DNA from: Candidatus Kapaibacteriales bacterium
Lineage (GTDB): Bacteria; Bacteroidota; Ignavibacteria; Kapaibacteriales; UBA2268
DNA: 64,000 bases
NCBI GenBank assembly: GCA_965661945.1
Contig: CBFIFP010000001.1
Location: 853,592 to 917,591 of the forward strand
Direction of reading: 5' to 3'
The notes below the pieces were generated by a model. The model was not told the DNA's origin. It saw only the letters and a list, made by a program, of their open reading frames with translations, and did no database searches. The translations under genes and the position numbers were made by a program. Below are positions 29,445 to 36,134 of this stretch, piece by piece. Within the stretch, counting starts at the first letter, position 1; each line of letters begins with the position of its first letter.

Positions 29445-29480
29445 GTAACATCAACAAGGGGTTTTGATGCCCCTTGTTGA
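29445..29480. terminator. Recurrent hairpin CAACAAGGGG-ttttgatg-CCCCTTGTTG (third copy)
   Basis: Identical to the element at 25228-25262. Confidence 0.6.
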
Positions 29481-29524
29481 TTTGGGAATAAAACAAGAAT
29501 TATTTATAATATTTTAATAAAATC

Positions 29525-29785
29525 TTACTTTTTTAAATTACTATCTAAGTTTTTATTTCTTTTATTAGCTATAAAATAAATAATATAGCCACCAAAAGAA
29601 CCTGCAATTATAGATCCTAAAATAGATGGTTTACTTTTAGTCAAATTAAAACCATACATTATAAAGTCAATTACTAAAAGCAAAATGATTGTAAAAATCA
29701 TTATATTTACAACTCTTTTAGTTAGAAATCTTCTAAATTTTAGAAAATTATTTACTAATTTATTTAAAGCCAATCTAACCACCAT
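29525..29785 (-). CDS. Small membrane protein (86 aa, 2 TM), a candidate immunity protein of cassette 4
   Basis: IMIFTIILLLVIDFIMYGF and ILGSIIAGSFGGYIIYFIA helices. It overlaps the lipoprotein 3' end. Confidence 0.5.
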   Translation of the reverse strand: MVVRLALNKLVNNFLKFRRFLTKRVVNIMIFTIILLLVIDFIMYGFNLTKSKPSILGSIIAGSFGGYIIYFIANKRNKNLDSNLKK

Positions 29786-30659
29786 GGAGCTCCTGCAGCG
29801 ATTTTTACTGCCTTTTTCAAAGATTTAGTTCCAGCATAGACCATTGACACACCAATTGCACCAGCAAAAGCACCACCTGGACCTGCAGATAATCCTCCAG
29901 CGATTAATACAGCAAAAGCTCCTTGTTTGGCACCCTCCAAATCCTGATTAATCACATCTTTGCCATCTTGACTTATTTCAAGTAATTTATTACTTTTTGA
30001 ATTAGATTTAGATTTTGAAACCAAATTAGTACTTTCTTCTATATCATTCATAAGGTTAAACCAGTCATCGTAATTTTGATTCCAATAGTTAGCAGTATGT
30101 TTAGCCACTGCAAAAGTTAACCCTATAGAAATTTTTTCTGAAAGACTATCTAAATTATATGCTAAATTTATATTTGAGTTACAATATGAATCAAATTGAG
30201 CAATTGTAATATTATTATTAGCTAATTCAGTAACCATACTGTCTAAATTTAATAACATTTGCTCAGATTGTTCTGTTAAGTTCGGACTTGTTTGTAAATA
30301 CCCTACTATATCTCTTGGATAAATTATTGAAGATGTATCTAAATAATCTAAAATATAACCTTTATTATCAGCAAAATTGTAAACTTCAATTCTTATAAAA
30401 TCATCTATAGATATGTGTGGTTGAGTATCAATTCCTTCTTTAATTCTATATAGTTTTTCATATAACGTGTCAAGAACTTCATTATGATGAAGACCTACCA
30501 TATTGACTGTATCAACATAGCCAGAATAAGTAATATTAGTAGTTAAATTTTGATAGAACTCTCCACCACTTCTAACTGGTTATTCCTCTTTACAAGAGAA
30601 TAATATTGTTGATAATAATATCATAGAAACAATGCTTAGTTTAAGTGTTATGTGCTTCA
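29764..30659 (-). pseudogene. Cassette-4 surface lipoprotein with a Gly-zipper C-terminus. It carries an in-frame TAA replacing the Pro codon directly after the lipobox Cys-Lys-Glu-Glu. The ORF track shows only the piece from the internal Met (29764..30501).
   Basis: ATGAAGCACATAACACTTAAACTAAGCATTGTTTCTATGATATTATTATCAACAATATTATTCTCTTGTAAAGAGGAATAACCAGTTAGAAGT... = MKHITLKLSIVSMILLSTILFSCKEE*PVRSGG, in frame with MVGLHHNEVLD... The C-terminus ends ...GGLSAGPGGAFAGAIGVSMVYAGTKSLKKAVKIAAGAPWWLDWL. Confidence 0.65.
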
Positions 30660-30711
30660 TAACAGCTCCTTTATATTAATTTAACAAAATTATTCAAATA
30701 AAATTTGAATT

Positions 30712-30770
30712 TCTGCTAAATTAAGCAATACTAAATTAAGCAATGCTAAATTAATATGCAAGAACTTTTT
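30712..30770. repeat. 15-bp tandem repeat array (~2.5 units) upstream of cassette 4
   Basis: ctgctaaattaagcaatactaaattaagcaatgctaaattaatatgcaag. Confidence 0.8.
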
Positions 30771-30782
30771 TTTCACAAAAGA

Positions 30783-30835
30783 AAAAGTTTTCCACAAATC
30801 ATTGGGGTTGTTGGGTTTGGGTGGTGAATTAAATT
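30783..30835 (-). promoter_or_regulatory. Conserved cassette box, degenerate occurrence 4
   Basis: gttttccacaaatcattggggttgttgggtttgggtggtgaatt. Confidence 0.4.
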
Positions 30836-31021
30836 TTTTTGATTTGTTAAAATTCAACATCTCCAATATTGTGGGTAGGTGGTAGGTTTATTTTTCTACA
30901 AATATTTTACATCTCCGATGTGGGTTAGAAAATTAAATATATTTGATTTAGATTATTATGATTGAATTTTACAATTATTTATAAATTTCATTGCTTCGGA
31001 GAAGCATAATATTTGTAGCAT

Positions 31022-31212
31022 AATTTACCCCCCTGCCCTACAACATCCATAGCAAACATAAGCAAAAGCATTGCTATTACTACATTTCTTGACATATTTC
31101 AACCCAATTTTATAAACAACACTTTAATAGGTCAATTAATGTGCCACTTGTTTTTTTAGATTTTACAAAATTGAGGAATATCTATTGAAAAGTAAATAGG
31201 AGGAAATACTGA
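31022..31212. repeat. Direct repeat B (~191 bp), a copy of the promoter/5'-end region of the 1976-aa giant gene. It encodes only a truncated signal peptide (MSRNVVIAMLLLMFAMDVVGQGG... then stop).
   Basis: ~93% identity to 22437-22627. The minus-strand translation gives the giant protein's first 20 residues, then diverges and terminates. Confidence 0.85.
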
Positions 31213-31224
31213 GAAAATTAAAAA

Positions 31225-31256
31225 AACAAGGGCAATGATGCCCTTGTTTTAATTAT
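31225..31256 (-). terminator. Hairpin terminator (ACAAGGGCA-atga-TGCCCTTGT) downstream of the 31273..31644 gene
   Basis: 9-bp perfect stem flanked by A/T runs on both sides. Confidence 0.55.
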
Positions 31257-31272
31257 TTTAATATGATTATCG

Positions 31273-31644
31273 TCAAAGTTTCTTTAAAATTGGTGTGATA
31301 ATATCAGACTTAAAATCATTATAACTTAAAATATCTCTCTTAAATCGAGGAAAGTATTCTAATCTAATTTGATCTTTAAATAAATCCAATTTTATAAAAT
31401 ACCCAAAATCATTAAATTTTATTTTACTTTCAAATATGGTTGTATTTTCTTTAGTTGCTAATTTTTTTAAATCAATACCTTTTAATACATCAACAATAAA
31501 TTTATATTTTGTTTTATCATTTGATATATGGTAAACATAATAGGCTCTCCTTTTTCCTGAAAATTTTCGTATTCTGAAATAAGAATATATTAAAAAATTT
31601 ACTATTAGAAATGATAAAGATAAGACAATTAAATTAAATTCCAT
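31273..31644 (-). CDS. Membrane-anchored small protein (123 aa; one N-terminal TM), a candidate immunity protein of cassette 5
   Basis: MEFNLIVLSLSFLIVNFLIYSYF TM helix followed by a charged soluble domain. It lies downstream of the cassette-5 lipoprotein pieces. Confidence 0.45.
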   Translation of the reverse strand: MEFNLIVLSLSFLIVNFLIYSYFRIRKFSGKRRAYYVYHISNDKTKYKFIVDVLKGIDLKKLATKENTTIFESKIKFNDFGYFIKLDLFKDQIRLEYFPRFKRDILSYNDFKSDIITPILKKL

Positions 31645-31662
31645 TTGTTTATTCCTTTGTAT

Positions 31663-32555
31663 TTATTCACAAGGTACAGGTTGTTTACATTGAACACAGT
31701 AGCAAGGCCAAACTGGATCTTCGTCACCTTCTGAGTTAGAAGTTGCAATCCCTAAAATCATTATACCAGAAGTAACAGCAGCACCAAATCCACCTAGTAC
31801 AGTACCTAAGGCATCTGCACCTAAAACTGCAATGGCTTCATTTGCTTGGTCAAGAGCTTCATAATTTGGAGCCATTAATAAACTTGCCGCTTTAGTCTCG
31901 AAACCATTTGGATACCAATATTCTTTCGATTTTCTATATACTGCTTCAAATTTCAGTGCGTTAGAATAGACACTTGTATTTAAGGTATCCCAAGGAAAAT
32001 TTTCAATTCTGTTATTAAAACTAATTAAATCTAAATTTTTATAATCATTTATCATAGGGGATAAAATAGAATAATTAATTGAGTCAATATAATTCATAAC
32101 AAATGCTTCTTCAAAAATATCATCTACATGATCAAATAAAAAATTTAGAACTAAAGTATCATTTAGTTTACTAAATAAACCTACCTCCATAAAAAAATCT
32201 TTGATATTTTCTCTTTGTGAATCTACTTGACTCTCAGAATAAATATTATTTACAATATAATAATCACCCATAATCTCTAAAAATTATCAAGATCACCTAC
32301 AGTTGCAAAAAAATCACCCTCAAAATTATATAACATTAAATGAGTACTATCATGAGGTAAATTGTTATTATGGTAATAAGCTAACAAATTATTGTGTTCA
32401 ACTCCAACACTATCATAAGGATTTGAAAAGGTTGTAGAAGTTGTATAATTAATATCATTCCCAATTTTAGCGAGTGGCTCCTCCTTACAAGACCAAAGAA
32501 ATGTAGATAATAAAATCATAGAAAAAATACTTAGTTTAAGTGCTATGTGTTTCAT
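31663..32555 (-). pseudogene. Cassette-5 lipoprotein family member split into two ORFs (32277..32555 N-terminal signal part; 31663..32271 C-terminal part) by a frame change. Its C-terminus diverges: a Gly/Ala zipper followed by a Cys-rich tail CYCVQCKQPVPCE.
   Basis: N-terminal part MKHIALKLSIFSMILLSTFLWSCKEEPLAKIG...VGVEHNNLLAYYHNN... with RBS AAGGAGttgttATG. The second ORF is in a different frame and ends ...AIAVLGADALGTVLGGFGAAVTSGIMILGIATSNSEGDEDPVWPCYCVQCKQPVPCE. It may alternatively be two genuine genes. Confidence 0.5.
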
Positions 32556-32609
32556 AACAACTCCTTAAATAAATTAAACAAAAATATTACTTTCGTAAAA
32601 AGTAATTTC

Positions 32610-32710
32610 TGCTAATTTAAGCAATGCTAATTTAAGCAATGCTAATTTAAGCAATGCTAATTTAAGCAATGCTAATTTAAGCAATGCTAATTTAAGCAAT
32701 GCTAATTTAA
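32610..32710. repeat. 15-bp tandem repeat array, ~6.5 units of GCTAATTTAAGCAAT
   Basis: ctgctaatttaagcaatgctaatttaagcaatgctaatttaagcaatgctaatttaagcaatgctaatttaagcaatgctaatttaatatcc. Confidence 0.9.
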
Positions 32711-32739
32711 TATCCAAATTATTTTTTTCGATACAAGGA

Positions 32740-32790
32740 TTAGTTTTCCACAATTTATTGATATATATAGATATATAATTAAATTTTTTT
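32740..32790 (-). promoter_or_regulatory. Conserved cassette box, occurrence 5 (TTTTCCACAATTTATTGATATATATAGATATATA)
   Basis: Same as 26575-26625 and related to the boxes at 23395, 28138 and 30783. Confidence 0.45.
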
Positions 32791-33150
32791 TTAATATTTT
32801 TTAATGATTTGAAGATTCGTTTTTTTAGGTGAGTTTGGCTATGTTTTTTCTACAACTATTTCACATCTCCGATGTGTATTAAATAAATATAAATATAAAT
32901 ATTTAAATTAATATTATTAATTAAATAATATTTATATAAAATATAATAAAATACATTTTTTAATATATTCTTAATAAATATAATTGTTTATTTAACATAG
33001 CATATAATAAAATAATTAATATTTAAAATAAAAAATAACTCAATCAGAAAATAAATTGAATAAAAATGCTAAATATTTTAACCTAAATAAATAAAATAAA
33101 TCCCCATAAAAATAATTTTTAAGGGGATTAAATTAAAATATTTTATTAAT

Positions 33151-34287
33151 TTATTTACCGAAGTTTATATCAATATCTTCAGGTTCTTCTATCCAATCAG
33201 CAACAAAAATATTTGTAACTCTGCTTGGTTGTCTATCAATATTTCTATTAGAAGCAAATACTATTTTTTTTCCATCGTAACTGAACATTGGAAATGCATC
33301 GAATAAACCAGAATTTGAAACTTTATACATATTTGTTCCATCAAGATTTATAGAGTAAATGTAAAATACTCTTCCTTTGGGGTCTTCGTGATTCGAACAA
33401 AATAATATTTTATCCCCACTTGGGTGAAAAAATGGAGCCCAATTAGCTTTTGGTAAATTTGTAATTTGTTTTGGATTTTTTCCATCAATATCAGCCACAA
33501 ATACCTGAAGTTCAAATGGTTCTACTAGATTTTGTGATAAAAGTTCTTTATAATTATCTGCATCTTCTCCTTTAGGTCTGCTTGCTCTCCAAACAATTTT
33601 TTTACTATCTCTAGAGAAAAAAGCACCACCATCATAACCAAGTTCATTTGTAATTTGTATAATTTCTTTGGTTTCAAATTCATATCTATACAAATCTAAG
33701 TCTCCATTTCTTGTAGAGGTAAAAAGCATATATTTACCATCAGGAGATACTGTAGGTTCTGCGTCGTATGAATCGCCAGATATTAGCACTTCTAAAGTTC
33801 CATCTTTATCTCTTTTGTAGATATTATAAGTAGGGTATATGCCCCATACATATCTACCTGTCAGAGAAATAACTTCTGGACATTCGTGTTTATCATCATG
33901 AGTAGATGCAAATATCATACTACCATCTTTTAAAAAATATCCACAAGTAGTTCTTCCATTTCCAGTTGAGACCAACTTGTATTTTTCGCCAGTTTCATAA
34001 GCGGAGCCATCGGTTTTCATAATAAATTGTTGGTCGCACCCCTGAGTATTTATTTCATCCCAATCGGATTGAAAAATTAGTTCTTTATCATCAAAACTCC
34101 AGTAAGCTTCAGCGTTATTTCCGCCAAAAGTAAGTTGTTTTACATTTCTAAAATGTATTTCACCCTCGAACCTAAGCGAATCCATCTCAGGTTTATAATC
34201 AAGTTCTGAGATTTCTAACTCATTTTCTTTTTTTCCGCCACAAGAAATTAGAAATCCAATAACTAATAAAAGCAAGATTTTTTTCAT
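33151..34287 (-). CDS. PD40/TolB-like beta-propeller lipoprotein (378 aa)
   Basis: Lipoprotein signal LLLLVIGFLISCGG. Repeated PD40-like units (S-DGK-I-F-S-R-G---DLY-). Confidence 0.6.
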   Translation of the reverse strand: MKKILLLLVIGFLISCGGKKENELEISELDYKPEMDSLRFEGEIHFRNVKQLTFGGNNAEAYWSFDDKELIFQSDWDEINTQGCDQQFIMKTDGSAYETGEKYKLVSTGNGRTTCGYFLKDGSMIFASTHDDKHECPEVISLTGRYVWGIYPTYNIYKRDKDGTLEVLISGDSYDAEPTVSPDGKYMLFTSTRNGDLDLYRYEFETKEIIQITNELGYDGGAFFSRDSKKIVWRASRPKGEDADNYKELLSQNLVEPFELQVFVADIDGKNPKQITNLPKANWAPFFHPSGDKILFCSNHEDPKGRVFYIYSINLDGTNMYKVSNSGLFDAFPMFSYDGKKIVFASNRNIDRQPSRVTNIFVADWIEEPEDIDINFGK

Positions 34288-34425
34288 TATTTTTGATATT
34301 AATAAAACATATAATTCAAAATTAAGGAATATAATTTAATTAAATATTCTTGTAAAGATTTTTTTAATAATTGTAATTTTTGTGTTGTCTATTTTTATTT
34401 GTTAAATCAGCACTATACCTTAAAT

Positions 34426-35946
34426 TCACTCTGCCCAACTTGGATTAACTCCCATATCAATATCTAAAATGTAATTGCCAATCAAAGCGAAAAGCAAAGG
34501 AACTAATATTGCTGCAATTATATTAATCCAAAGACCAGTATTTGCCATCTCTGCGATTTTGATTTTACCAGAGCCAAACACTATTGCATTTGGGGGAGTT
34601 GCAACTGGTAACATAAATGCAAGGGAAGCGCTAATTGTAGCAGGAATCATTAATATCATGGGATTTACATCTATCGCAACAGATATTGAAGCAAGTATTG
34701 GTAAAAATGTATATGTTGTCGCTGTATTTGAGGTAAATTCTGTTAAAAAAATAACAACAAAGCATATAAAAAAACTAATCAAAAGAGGGGGAACATTTTG
34801 CATTCCGGCAAATCCATTTCCAATTATTTCAGATAAACCAGTAGTTTGAAATCCCTTAGCCATTGCAAATCCACCACCAAATAAAAGTAGTATATCCCAG
34901 GGAATATTTATTATTGTATCTTTAGTCATTAATCTAAAATCTGTTCCTAAATTACTCAAAGTCGCTGGAATAATAAACAATAAAATAGATAATCCAATAG
35001 CAACAGTTGAATCATCTACAAGCGAAGGATCAGGTAGTATATTACTCCAGCCAGGAATAGTCATAAATCCCAAATCTACATTTACTCGGAAAATCCATAA
35101 AAGTGATGCAGAAACCATTGTGTAAAGAATAATTGTCTCTTGAATTGATATTTTACCTAGTTTTTTAATTTCTTTATTTATATATTGTTTATCAACGCTT
35201 ATTTCATCATCAATTTTAAATAAAAAGTTATTCAAAACAAACCACACCACTACCATCAAAACCACAGACATAGGTAGGGCAAATGACATCCATTTAACAA
35301 AAGAAATCTCTGGGGCAGCAGGAAAAGTCATCTCAAATATACTTTTAAATGCAATGTTAGGAACTGTTCCAACCAGCGTTGCAATTCCTCCAATAGATGA
35401 CGAATATGCAATACCAAGAAGCAATGCAACACTAAAATTATGAACCGCCTTATCTGAAAATTTACCTTCTAATCCTTTAATTACCGCAGTTCCAATAGGT
35501 AACATCATTATTGTTGTGGCGGTGTTAGTTATAAACATAGATAATAGCCAACTTGAAAGGAAAAACCCCCTTAAAATACCTTTTGCATCACCACCCAAAA
35601 AGCGTATGATATATAAGGATATACGTTTGTGCAACTCCCATCGTTCCATTGCTTGAGCGAGTAAAAAACCACCCAAAAATAGAAAAATGGTTGAGTTAAT
35701 ATATTGATTTGCAGTTTCATTAGCAGAGTGAATCTCTAAAAATGGAAATAAAATAAGCGGTAGCATAGAGGTAACAGAAAGAGGAACGGCTTCTGTCATC
35801 CACCAAATAGCCATAAGAATAGTAACTCCAGCCATTGCATTAGCAAGTGGGCTTTCTACAATTCCAAGATAATAAAAAATTAAAGCAAATAAAGGTCCAA
35901 TAATAAGCCCAATTGCTTCTATTTCTTTTTTTTCAAGTTTTATCAT
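34426..35946 (-). CDS. DASS/SLC13-family anion:Na+ symporter (ArsB/NhaD permease superfamily), 506 aa
   Basis: Around 12 or more TM helices. Duplicated hairpin-loop motifs (…SNTATT…) and ILLLFGGGFAMAKGFQTTGLSEIIG typical of divalent-anion sodium symporters. Confidence 0.65.
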   Translation of the reverse strand: MIKLEKKEIEAIGLIIGPLFALIFYYLGIVESPLANAMAGVTILMAIWWMTEAVPLSVTSMLPLILFPFLEIHSANETANQYINSTIFLFLGGFLLAQAMERWELHKRISLYIIRFLGGDAKGILRGFFLSSWLLSMFITNTATTIMMLPIGTAVIKGLEGKFSDKAVHNFSVALLLGIAYSSSIGGIATLVGTVPNIAFKSIFEMTFPAAPEISFVKWMSFALPMSVVLMVVVWFVLNNFLFKIDDEISVDKQYINKEIKKLGKISIQETIILYTMVSASLLWIFRVNVDLGFMTIPGWSNILPDPSLVDDSTVAIGLSILLFIIPATLSNLGTDFRLMTKDTIINIPWDILLLFGGGFAMAKGFQTTGLSEIIGNGFAGMQNVPPLLISFFICFVVIFLTEFTSNTATTYTFLPILASISVAIDVNPMILMIPATISASLAFMLPVATPPNAIVFGSGKIKIAEMANTGLWINIIAAILVPLLFALIGNYILDIDMGVNPSWAE

Positions 35947-36087
35947 ATTTAAATTATTTCAATATTTAATTTTAAAAGTAATATAAATTTGTAAAATTTA
36001 CATTGCAAAATTATGAAATATATTGGAAAGAAGGGAAAAAGTTGAGCTAAATAATATTTTTAAATATTAAAGAAAATATAAAAAAAT

Positions 36088-36112
36088 AGCCCATATTTCT
36101 ATGAGCTATTTT
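36088..36112 (-). terminator. Rho-independent terminator after the OmpA-family gene
   Basis: Minus strand ATAGCTCAT-agaaat-ATGGGCTAT followed by T7. Confidence 0.55.
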
Positions 36113-36134
36113 GTACAAATTTTGTAAATAGTTC

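Noticed and set aside
26470-32710. Possible CRISPR array suggested by short regularly repeated units
   Set aside because: The 15-bp units are directly tandem with no intervening unique spacers and lie in promoter regions. This is a VNTR/iteron arrangement, not CRISPR.
34475-34849. 124-aa plus-strand ORF within the DASS transporter gene, and 38466..38846 within the NFACT gene
   Set aside because: They are shadow ORFs opposite strongly supported genes.
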